Made by a program: the position numbers and the translations under genes
Shown: one piece after another, positions 24,996-34,350 of the stretch
Numbering within the stretch: the stretch's first letter is position 1
Layout: every line of letters starts with the position of its first letter
The notes under the pieces: generated by a model
What the model saw: only the letters and a program-made list of their open reading frames with translations
Told to the model about the DNA's origin: nothing
Databases searched by the model: none
NCBI GenBank assembly: GCA_964019335.1
Contig: OZ025682.1
Span: forward strand, 434,001 to 498,000
Length of the DNA stretch: 64,000 nt
Source: Diplonema japonicum
Lineage: Eukaryota; Protista; Euglenozoa: Diplonemea
Reading direction: 5' to 3'

Positions 24996-25886
24996 GAAAA
25001 GGGTGATTTGTTGATGACAATAACTCAATATAAAAAGAAAAAAAAGAGAGAACAAAAAAGAGGAAATAATAGTGTTGAAAAAAAAAAATGAGAGGGAGCC
25101 ACCATCCCTCCGTTATTTTCTTTTTTTTTTTTGATGCTTTTGTTATTTTTGTCTTTTTTTTTTTTTTTTTTTTTTTATTCTTCTCTTTTCTCCCCCCCTC
25201 TGTACGCGAGTGTTTTTTACTTTTTTTTTTTTTTTACTTTTTTTCCTGTGGTATAATATAAGTAAATTTTGTTTCTTTTAACGGAAAGGCCTGAATAGTC
25301 TTCTATTTCTTGTTTCATTATTATTTTAAAGGGGGTGTCACATGTGGGTGCATTGCGGGGAGGACCTTGCAAGAATATTACCCCGATTGAACCCCTGGAC
25401 CCACCCGCCCCCTCTTTTTTTTTCTTTTGCGAACTTTTTTATGAACCGGTGGGCACAGTGAATTTTTTTGATTTTTTGCCCCCCCCCCTTTCTTCCGAAA
25501 CTAAGACGATTTCTTTTTCTCTCAGTTATTTTTTTAAAAAAGATTTTAAGCGTTGTCTTTAGAAAAGAGAAAAAAAAAAGAGAACACAACTCTTTTTTTT
25601 ATATTTTTTTTGACCTGTCTAAACAAAAAAAAAAGGGGGAAACGTTTGACAAACCGGACCAGTTTCCTCTTCTTTTTTTTTTTTTTCATATTCAACTGCT
25701 TATTTAAATAACAAGATACACATCAACAATAAAAAAAAAAAGAAAATGGAGGAAAAAAAAAAAAGGAAAAAAAAAAAGAATTTTGTTTTTTTTTTTATTT
25801 TTCTCCCTCTTTTTTATAAAGCGGTCGATCCCCCAAAGAAATATATGTTTCAAAACAGTGGTGGAGAGGGGGGGGGGGGGGGGGAA

Positions 25887-26423
25887 ATGCAAACCGAAGA
25901 TGACGAGCTCAGGATGTGGCTATCACCCTTTGAAATGTACTTCAACGGGCTCAAGTTGAGGGGTTATGGCAGCGTTGCATCGCTGAGGAGCTTAGGAGAG
26001 AGGGCTGCTTCAGTGTTGTTAACCTGCGGTGTGGAACACGACGGTCACAGAGCTGCGCTGCTGAAGAAGTTGGAAGCAACACGAGGCCACGTGCGGCCAT
26101 CGTTGGATGCAGCCGCTTTTAAAGCCTTGGGGGAGCGATGCAGGGCAATATCGGAAAAGTGCAGCAAAGAAGACCGCATGATGACACCACCTGCCCCCTC
26201 CCGCCAGGACGTATCGCCCCCGCGTCATGTGGCAGCTTGTTTCCCTCCTCTCGTCCCCCTTCCCTCCCCCGAGACACCTCTCTCACCCGAACAGGTTTCT
26301 AAGCTACGAGGCTACAAGCGAGATCTTGAACTGTACTTGTCCAGTTTAGACAGGTGTCTCTCCGCCATCGATGGGCTCCCACCAGAGAAGCCAAGCAACC
26401 ATACGAAATACACTTATCTGTAA
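25887..26423 (+). CDS. Small protein with N-terminal SAM-like domain
   Basis: WL..FEMYF..L...GY..V.SL..L...L...GV...GHRAALLKKL matches the SAM pattern. Confidence 0.65.
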   Translation: MQTEDDELRMWLSPFEMYFNGLKLRGYGSVASLRSLGERAASVLLTCGVEHDGHRAALLKKLEATRGHVRPSLDAAAFKALGERCRAISEKCSKEDRMMTPPAPSRQDVSPPRHVAACFPPLVPLPSPETPLSPEQVSKLRGYKRDLELYLSSLDRCLSAIDGLPPEKPSNHTKYTYL

Positions 26424-26538
26424 ACAACAATTGTACCTTTTTTTTTTTTTTTTTATGTTCCTTCTTTTTCTTTCCCGTTTGGTTCGTTTTCAACGTAAAA
26501 CAGTTTTTCTCCACTTTAAAAAAAAAAAAAAAAAAGCT

Positions 26539-27549
26539 ATGAAGCTCTCATCAGTTTTCCTCGTTGCGGTCGCTGTGCAGCTTGCTAACGGACAGGACAA
26601 TGATGCGGGTGAGGACCGCCTTGCTGAAGTGAACGCGGAGCACCAGTTGGCGAGCGGAGGTGGGCAGACGCTTAACACACCGTGGGACTGGGACCGGTGC
26701 CTGAACAAAATGTGCAAACTCGGAGAGGGTGACTGCGACAGCGATGACCAGTGCAAGGACGATCTGGTGTGCGGGCACAACAACTGCAAGACAATGCACC
26801 CGAACGACGCGGACTACTACCACCGTCTGGCAGACTGCTGCGACGTGATGAGCCCCTACCATCTCGACTACTGCCAGAAGACACCAGGGTGTGGGTTCGG
26901 GACAGGAGACTGCGACGACGAAGCAGGCCAGTGCGCAGAGGGCCTTGTGTGCGGGGTCAACAACTGCAGAGCAATGCACCCTCAGATCGACCCCAACCTG
27001 ATCCACCACAAGGCGGACTGCTGCACCACATGTGCTGCTGTGACTGCAGTTATTGACGACATCGCAATGCCGCAACCCCCGATGGCATTCACAAACGGGA
27101 AAGTCGTAACCGCAGAGAGGACTCTCACGAACCCCCCCAGTGCGCTGGCCAACGCTGTGGTGCACAGTCTGCCCCCCATGAGCAGCGGGGACTCGATCAA
27201 GCTGGAGTGCTGTGCTAAGGAAAAGACGCCGTGCAACTTCTTCGTTGCGGTGTACCACTGCCCTCCGTGCTCCCGACACCTGAATGGCGGGATTCCCGTG
27301 CACCTCATCTTGGAGAACTGGCAGGGCACCTCATGTGCTCCTTCCTTCACACCCGCAGGCTCTTCGCAGTCCCAGACTATGACTGTGTTCCAACATACTA
27401 TTGCTGCGGGAGAGCATTTCACTATCCCTGTTACTATGGATGCACCGCACGTCGCCGTCTTCACCTCTACAGGAGCGGTTGGTGACTGGTGTCCCAGGAG
27501 TACCTCTCCTGGTGCCAGCGGGCCCCACAGGCCGTGTGTGTGTATTTAA
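26539..27549 (+). CDS. Secreted Cys-rich protein with two G-x-GDCD...LVCGxNNC...ADCC repeats and a Cys-containing C-terminal domain
   Basis: Signal peptide MKLSSVFLVAVAVQLANG, and two ~55-aa internal repeats with conserved cysteines. Confidence 0.8.
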   Translation: MKLSSVFLVAVAVQLANGQDNDAGEDRLAEVNAEHQLASGGGQTLNTPWDWDRCLNKMCKLGEGDCDSDDQCKDDLVCGHNNCKTMHPNDADYYHRLADCCDVMSPYHLDYCQKTPGCGFGTGDCDDEAGQCAEGLVCGVNNCRAMHPQIDPNLIHHKADCCTTCAAVTAVIDDIAMPQPPMAFTNGKVVTAERTLTNPPSALANAVVHSLPPMSSGDSIKLECCAKEKTPCNFFVAVYHCPPCSRHLNGGIPVHLILENWQGTSCAPSFTPAGSSQSQTMTVFQHTIAAGEHFTIPVTMDAPHVAVFTSTGAVGDWCPRSTSPGASGPHRPCVCI

Positions 27550-28059
27550 GCTATAGTGATATAAACGTAGCTATATCAGCAGTGCAGATTAGAAAGGGGG
27601 GAAAAAAAAAGGACCACTCCACCTTGTGTTTGGGGTGTGTTTTTTAGGCGATCCTGTTGCATACTGCAGGCTCCCTTCAAAGACATTTTTTTTCCCCCAC
27701 TGTTTCTGGTTGTGCTGCTGCACCCCCCCCCCAAGTAAAAAATATGCAATTTGCAAACCTCCTTTTTTTGTTTTCCTTTACACGGGCCCTCTGTCATGAG
27801 CAGCCGCTATTCTTTTTTCATTATCCCTCTCCTCAGCGGGGAGGGGAAGGACATAAGCTTCTATGTGGCTGAACAAGCGAAAGCTTTCATATTCTTCCCT
27901 TCCCTGCGACCCCCCCCCCCCCCCCCCCCTTCCTCCCTCTCCGCACGATCTGACCTACGCTATCTAGAAAAAAAAAAGTCTAGTTTTTTTTTTTCTCTTA
28001 AGTTTTTTTTTTCTTGCTCTTCTTCTTTTCATTACACGTCTTCTAGAAGCGAAAAAGAA

Positions 28060-29967
28060 ATGGCGCCGTCGCCATATGTAATAAAGAAAACAGAGCTTCC
28101 AAAGGAGTTGTTGGCGGTGCAGAGGGAGCTGATCCTGCTGGAACACAAGGAGATGAGCAGGTTTCTGGTCGATGACAAGGAGATGGTAAATATAGTGCAC
28201 CACGTGCTGTCCATGGACAGAGAACTAAACGGCGAGGGCGCCTATGGAGACGGTGATGTGAGGCTGTGCTGCAAGCTGCCTACGAAACAGATAATGGAAG
28301 CCATTCGCGCGAAGGTGGATCAGAAGAAACCCACCGAGCTGGACATAATAGGAGTCATGGTGGTAGCGTGCTTGAAAACAGTGATGCAGCTCAACCTCCC
28401 GTTCCCATTCCCGAATTTCTTGGCTCACAAGAGGGACGCGAGGCGGGTACTTGCCGAAGTTGTTCACGCTGTATTCTCAAAAGACTTTGTCAGGAAACGG
28501 CGAATTTTCGCAGAGGCGCCCGCACTACGGAAGCTCATTACCTTGTTGGGAGGCACCCCAACCACCCGCAGCCATGCCGAGATCGTGGTGGTTGAGTCAA
28601 ACCTTGAGAAGACAACCCGATCGGTGTCTCATAAAGTCCGTATTTTGTTCACCAAGGGAAAGGCAAAAAATCGCCCTGCAAAGTACCTCTGCCACTACTG
28701 GCACTATCCAAACTCCTATGACACGTGGCTCCCCGAAGAGGCACTTGAGAACCCACCTCAAGGTCCCTACCGTAGAGACCAAGCTACATCTTCTCTCATC
28801 ATCCCTGACCAGCTTTGTGTTCCTGTTGCGTACCTTTACGACTCTTCGGAGTTCAATGAGTTTCTCGAACCGGAGGACTACGCCTATGATACGAAGTCCC
28901 CCTTGTACACCCCCCTAGGCAATCGTTGCCCTTATGACAGCATCGCGGTCTTTCGTGTTGCGCAAGGTGCGAAACGCCCCGCGGCTAACCTCCCCGCGCC
29001 TGCCCCCAAACGGCGCAAGATGGTTGTTCCAGACTGGTACAAGCCCACTATCATGTCGGCATGTGAGCAGAGCGAGTTCCCGTACCTTGAACCGCTTACG
29101 TATCTGTTCCTTCGGGAAGCCATCTTCGAGTCTGCTGAGAAGAAGCCTGATGGTGAGTACTTCAGTGCGTACGATGCGACTACCACAGTACACGGCGACG
29201 CCAACGTGGTGGTCAAGGTGCACACTTTCCTCGAGAAGAGCAAGCTCATCAACAACGGTGTCTATAAGAAGCCCCTCCCTCCCATAGGGGGCGCTGCTGC
29301 GATCCCTTTGCTGTACGTCGACACGCCGAGCGGTGTTTTCCCTTACTCGAAGGTGAAGCCTCTTACAGACGATGAGGAAAAGGCGCTGATAGACGCTGTG
29401 ATGGAGCACACAGTCGACAGCAACGTCGACTGGGATAAGGTGTCTGCAAAAGTGGGACGTGGTGCCAGCGAATGCTTGCAATGTTTCATGGATATGGACT
29501 TGGAAGGGACTGCGCAGGACGACGGTGAGGAAGGGGTCTTAACCCCTTTTGCCGACGGCAACAACAGGGTTCTGACCACATTGGCGTTTCTCGCTGCTGT
29601 GGCACCACCAAACGAGGTAAAACTTGCAGGAGAGGCCGCCTTGCAGGAGCTAGTCGAGCACTGCAAGGACGGGCTGACAGAGGAAGCCGAAGAGCTCGCC
29701 TCAGCTAAAGCGTTGGATGTCTTCCGTGCCCACGCGGAGCGTCTCGTAGGTGTTGAAGAAAACAACCTCCGCATCCTTTCGCGTCAGGCTGTTACCAAAC
29801 TCCTCCAGCAGGCGCAGCTGGAGTTGGACGCCTTCGAAAAGCTCGAGGAAAGCCTCGAGTACCACCGCAAGGAGCTCCACGAGGACCGCTTGAAACTCGA
29901 CAGAGAAGAGTCTTTGCTCCGCCAAAAGATACTGGATCGGTTGAAGGCCACTGAGCCTGCATCTTAG
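28060..29967 (+). CDS. SMARCC: SWI3/SMARCC-type SWI/SNF subunit (chromo-like, SWIRM, SANT, SWIRM-associated, leucine zipper)
   Basis: HYWHYPNSYDTW (SMARCC chromo-like), SWIRM PDWY..EQSEFP..YLFLR..VHTFLEKSKLIN, SANT DWDKVSAKVGR...CLQCF, and PFADGNNRVLTTLAFLAAV. Confidence 0.88.
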   Translation: MAPSPYVIKKTELPKELLAVQRELILLEHKEMSRFLVDDKEMVNIVHHVLSMDRELNGEGAYGDGDVRLCCKLPTKQIMEAIRAKVDQKKPTELDIIGVMVVACLKTVMQLNLPFPFPNFLAHKRDARRVLAEVVHAVFSKDFVRKRRIFAEAPALRKLITLLGGTPTTRSHAEIVVVESNLEKTTRSVSHKVRILFTKGKAKNRPAKYLCHYWHYPNSYDTWLPEEALENPPQGPYRRDQATSSLIIPDQLCVPVAYLYDSSEFNEFLEPEDYAYDTKSPLYTPLGNRCPYDSIAVFRVAQGAKRPAANLPAPAPKRRKMVVPDWYKPTIMSACEQSEFPYLEPLTYLFLREAIFESAEKKPDGEYFSAYDATTTVHGDANVVVKVHTFLEKSKLINNGVYKKPLPPIGGAAAIPLLYVDTPSGVFPYSKVKPLTDDEEKALIDAVMEHTVDSNVDWDKVSAKVGRGASECLQCFMDMDLEGTAQDDGEEGVLTPFADGNNRVLTTLAFLAAVAPPNEVKLAGEAALQELVEHCKDGLTEEAEELASAKALDVFRAHAERLVGVEENNLRILSRQAVTKLLQQAQLELDAFEKLEESLEYHRKELHEDRLKLDREESLLRQKILDRLKATEPAS

Positions 29968-30075
29968 GGAAAAGAGATGGGGAAGTTTAAAAGAATGTTC
30001 CATTTTTACTATTCTGTCATTCACCACGACGAAACACAACAGACACAGGGCGCATAAAAAAGAGAAAAAAAGAAT

Positions 30076-31968
30076 ATGGAGAGCAAGGAGCTGTTAGAAA
30101 AGGAAGCGAAGCTGGCGCTGGATGGGATGAACGGGAGGCAGCTGGCTGGGCTGCGGTGCGCGCGGACTGATGGCATAAGCAAGGTCCTGAACGCTGTTCT
30201 GGTGTTGTTGGGGCACAAGTCCCCTACCTGGGAGGAAGCTAGGAGGGAGTTAGCGGACTCGAGAAACTTGCTGCGGTCTCTGAAGCAGTTCAAACCTGTG
30301 AAACTGCCAGGACATGCAGTGAGGTACCTAGACGGGTTCATTGAGGAGAAGGAGGGCGAGATGGAAGGGGAGACAGTTGCATCACTGCGGAAGTGGGTGA
30401 TCAGCATGTTCAGGTGCTGCAAGCTAACCCCAGCAGAGAAAGCCATACGGGTGTCTGTGTCTACATCCCCCAGGCGGGCTGTGTCTCAGCGGCTGTCAAT
30501 GTCGGAGGTCGGAGAAGCCTCGTTCCCTGCAGCCGGAACACCCACACCAAAGACCCCTTACACTTTCGATTGGTCTCAAGACACGAACCACGGTGTGCTT
30601 GAGTGCGAGCCTTCAATCACGAGGGCCATCCAAAAGGTGCAGAAGGGCATGTCTGGTGCCATAGTTGTAGGCGGTTCGCAAGGTAGGAACATCCTGCTGG
30701 ACAGGCGTGGGCTACTCGAGAAGGTGCTCGGCGTTGTGCTGGAGACGTCGCACTGCGCTGTGCCCGTGTCCTCCATCGAGGTCACGGAGAATGAGATAAC
30801 AGACATCATCACTGGGAGGAAGACCCCCCTGAATAAGGTCCTGTCCGCTCAGAAGGTCCAAAAGCATGACCTGCAAAGCTTCCTGTCGTACTTCGAGACC
30901 ATACTGTTTCCCAGCAAGAAAGGCCACGTGGTGGCGACACTGTCCCACGGCGAGGGACGCCTCTACATCGTGCTGCTCAGCAACGACGTGTCTTGCGGTG
31001 TGTCCACCTCGCACATCAAAGAGTGCATGTTCCCCAGCACGCACATGACACCCAGCCCAAGAGGGTCGCTTCTCACACAGGTGCTGCTCAGTGTCTTCAC
31101 AGGCGAGCCTGACGAAGATAGAATCGTGTACATCGCATCAGAAGGACGGTCCATGTCCCCAGAAGTGGGGATGCACAGCCCGTACAGCCCACAGCCAAGG
31201 GAAGGGTCTGTTCGTGGTGCTGGCACTGCGGTGGGTGGGACGACGTTGCTTAGGAACAAAGCGGTGCTGACGCGTCTGCGGTGCGGGGGGGTGAACGTTA
31301 AAGTGAAGAAGGCAGTCGAAGCGGCGATGCTCCTTATGGGTGAACAGCCTGGCGTGGGCTGGGAGGGCTATCAGCGTGCAATGTGCGACCCGAATATCTG
31401 GAAAAAAATGGAGGCAGTAAAGACAGCAGGGAAGCGGCCGTCCATATCACACGAGGCCGAGAAGCGGCTGCAATCCTTGATGACAAACAGCACTTCAACT
31501 GAGAGACTCGACGAGGACATGGAGGCTGTGGTGGACCTGCTGCAGAAATGGACTGTGGAAGTGATGGCATTGCGGAGTACGGTGTCCGTTGCAGTGGATA
31601 AGCCATCGACACCAAGAGCAGGCAGCGCCAAGAGAACAGTAAACCCAGCAGATGCAAGGGTACTGAGGGACGAAGCGTGGATGCAGTTCCGTAAGCTGGT
31701 CTCACGAGACATGAGCGAAGGGGACCTCCAGAATGTTAGCTTCGAAACCCTTCAGAAGCTCATCACTGTGTACAACATGGACCATCCTGTTACATCTGCG
31801 CGGCTCGAGTTGCGATGGGCCGAGCTCAACGGTCAAAGCCTGCAGACCACAGTTCAGCCCCCTCTTCCGCCCCCTCCCCCTCTCCCTTCTCCGACCTACC
31901 CTCGTGGTCATGACCACAGCCCCATTCTTAAGCTCCTTGATTCGAGGCTATCGAGAAAAAGCTATTGA
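30076..31968 (+). CDS. Protein with a degenerate kinesin-motor-like core between two dynein-stalk-MTBD-like repeats
   Basis: The 630-aa ORF is clear. Domain calls rest on motif resemblance only (see findings). Confidence 0.55.
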   Translation: MESKELLEKEAKLALDGMNGRQLAGLRCARTDGISKVLNAVLVLLGHKSPTWEEARRELADSRNLLRSLKQFKPVKLPGHAVRYLDGFIEEKEGEMEGETVASLRKWVISMFRCCKLTPAEKAIRVSVSTSPRRAVSQRLSMSEVGEASFPAAGTPTPKTPYTFDWSQDTNHGVLECEPSITRAIQKVQKGMSGAIVVGGSQGRNILLDRRGLLEKVLGVVLETSHCAVPVSSIEVTENEITDIITGRKTPLNKVLSAQKVQKHDLQSFLSYFETILFPSKKGHVVATLSHGEGRLYIVLLSNDVSCGVSTSHIKECMFPSTHMTPSPRGSLLTQVLLSVFTGEPDEDRIVYIASEGRSMSPEVGMHSPYSPQPREGSVRGAGTAVGGTTLLRNKAVLTRLRCGGVNVKVKKAVEAAMLLMGEQPGVGWEGYQRAMCDPNIWKKMEAVKTAGKRPSISHEAEKRLQSLMTNSTSTERLDEDMEAVVDLLQKWTVEVMALRSTVSVAVDKPSTPRAGSAKRTVNPADARVLRDEAWMQFRKLVSRDMSEGDLQNVSFETLQKLITVYNMDHPVTSARLELRWAELNGQSLQTTVQPPLPPPPPLPSPTYPRGHDHSPILKLLDSRLSRKSY

Positions 31969-32472
31969 AAAAGAGAAATGGGTGTTTTTTTCCCCCTCCA
32001 AAGTGTTACTCTTTTTCTCCCCTTTAAAAAAAAAGCTCCACGTTACATTTTTTTACTTTTTTGTTGTTATTTATTGCTCCCCCTTAGGGGAAAAAAAGGG
32101 GGGGGGAAATAAAAGGGAATTCTGAGAAAATCACCCCCATTCTCCCCAATTTTATTTTCCCGCTCCCTCTCGTTGTATAATGTTGTCTTGGCAATTTTCT
32201 TTTTTATTATGCCACCCTCCTTGTTTGTTTTCTGTTTTCTGTTTTTTTTTTTCCCATCCCAATTCTCTCCCCAGGAGAAAAAAAAAACCCCCACATGTTG
32301 TATTAGCTTCGTCTTCTTATTTTTTTTATACCCTTTCCTTTTTTTTTTTTATTCTTTTTTTCATTTCCCCCACTTTCCATATCTTTTTTCTACACCACAA
32401 AAAAAAAAAGGAAAATCAGAGGGGGGAGGAGGGGGGGGGGGGAAACAAGAAGGGAAAAAAAAAAAAAAAAAG

Positions 32473-34035
32473 ATGCCGGCCCCACGAATATTCCCAAGAA
32501 AGCTCGAAATATGTTTTCACACCATGTTGGTGTTCTACTTGGTGGTGCTGCAGTGGGATGCTCTGAGAGAGATGAGCAAGAAACACCGTGATTTTCTGCC
32601 TCTGAGGGGGGCCATCGACCTCACTGACACACAATGGAAGGACTTCCGCAACGGATTGCCCACCCTGGCTGTGGGCATGGTAGTATTCGTGACGCTCTCA
32701 AGGTTGGCGCGGGCGTTTTTAAACAGCAAGCTCCACATGGTGTTTTACGCCCTGTGTGGGATCGGTTTCGTAGGCTTTGTGCACGGGGCCTACGCTGTCT
32801 TTCCGCTCAGCTTCGGTCTGATCTTTTTCACCGCATCCCACCTATTCAAGCACGTCCCTTACGGTAAGGTTTTTCTCTGGATCCTGGCCATCTTCTTGCT
32901 GTACGTTCCAGACTCGAATTCAGGATGGTACAAAATAGAACTCCCGTTCTACCCAGATCTCTTCAGGACGTATCAAGGGCTTTACAGGTGGCATGTTGGT
33001 TGGAACATCACCACTTTGAAAACCCTCAGTTTTGGGTTGGATTTGATCGAAGCCCACAAAAAAACAGGCGGGATTCCCCACAAACCGTGCAAGGAGTGCA
33101 TCGGCCCGGCAGAGGGCGAGTGTTACACAGTGAGAGTGAACACACCTAGGGCAGTCGGGGAATACAGTTTGATAAACTTTTTTGCGTACGTTTTTTACAT
33201 CCCGTTGTACATCGCCGGGCCGATCACAACGTTCAATGGATTTGTGTCGCATGCTGAAAAGCCGCAGAAAACGTACTCAACAAGGTACATTCTGTTCTAC
33301 GTGTGGAGGTTTTTGGTGGTCTTCATGATGCTTGAGGTTGGGCTGCGGTACGTGTACGTGTGGGCGCTGGCGAAATCGCCGTTGGTGAGGAGGATTTTAA
33401 CACCGATTGAGTTCGCCATGATCGGGTTCTGGCTGTTGAACGCGCTGTGGTTGAAATTCGCTGTTATTTGGAGGTTTTTCCGCCTCGCGTCCCTTTGCGA
33501 CGGTGTCGAGGTCCTTGAGAACATGGCACGCTGCGTCAATGACAACTACACCATTGCAGGCTTTTGGCGAAACTGGCACCGATCTTTCAATAAATGGCTG
33601 GTCCGGTACATGTACATCCCCATGGGCGGCGCGAAGACGCAAGCGTTCAACGTGTTCCCTATATTCCTCTTTGTTGCTTTTTGGCACGATCTTGAGCTGA
33701 ACCTCCTCAAATGGGGGCTGTTAATGGCCGTTTTCATCATCCCGGAAACGTTTCTCACCTCCTACTTTTCCTCCCCCGCCACTGCCTGGCTTCGAGCCAA
33801 GCCTTACTACAGGTACATCAAGGCCGTGGCTGGCACTGTCAATATTACCATCTTGATGACCGCAAACCTCATTGGTTTCGGTGTTGGTAGCCACACGCAC
33901 AATCTCCTTGAGTCTGTGTCGTCACTGTGGTGGGTCATGGGGCTGGGTTTTGTTGAGTTTTTCAGCGCAACCTGTATCATGATCGAGGTGAGGGAGTGGG
34001 AGGCTGAACAGGAGGAACGGGTGAAGGTTAGTTAA
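32473..34035 (+). CDS. GUP1: GUP1/HHAT-like MBOAT acyltransferase (probable GPI lipid remodelling)
   Basis: DLTDTQWKDFR, YIPLYIAGPITTFNGF, FWRNWHRSFNKWLVRYMYIPMGG, and catalytic FVAFWHD. Confidence 0.92.
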   Translation: MPAPRIFPRKLEICFHTMLVFYLVVLQWDALREMSKKHRDFLPLRGAIDLTDTQWKDFRNGLPTLAVGMVVFVTLSRLARAFLNSKLHMVFYALCGIGFVGFVHGAYAVFPLSFGLIFFTASHLFKHVPYGKVFLWILAIFLLYVPDSNSGWYKIELPFYPDLFRTYQGLYRWHVGWNITTLKTLSFGLDLIEAHKKTGGIPHKPCKECIGPAEGECYTVRVNTPRAVGEYSLINFFAYVFYIPLYIAGPITTFNGFVSHAEKPQKTYSTRYILFYVWRFLVVFMMLEVGLRYVYVWALAKSPLVRRILTPIEFAMIGFWLLNALWLKFAVIWRFFRLASLCDGVEVLENMARCVNDNYTIAGFWRNWHRSFNKWLVRYMYIPMGGAKTQAFNVFPIFLFVAFWHDLELNLLKWGLLMAVFIIPETFLTSYFSSPATAWLRAKPYYRYIKAVAGTVNITILMTANLIGFGVGSHTHNLLESVSSLWWVMGLGFVEFFSATCIMIEVREWEAEQEERVKVS

Positions 34036-34350
34036 ACAAAAAAAAAAAGAAATCTTGATATTTAAAAAAAAAACAAAAAACAGACCCCAAGCATGACATT
34101 GCATGCAAACCCGTGCAATGTTTACATACAAGATTTACCTGAATACAAAAATAAATGAGGAGGGAAAAAAAAAAAGTGTTCCCCCATCCCCATTTTTTTT
34201 TGAAAGAAAACTTTTTAGCAACTGAACTTCAAATCCGCCTTCAGACCCGTCGCGACTCGCTTGAGTGACACCTGTGACCCGTCCTTGAAGTCCCCGTGTT
34301 TAGAGGCACTCCTTAACATCGCGGTCGGTGGTTGATAACGTGTCTTTTTC

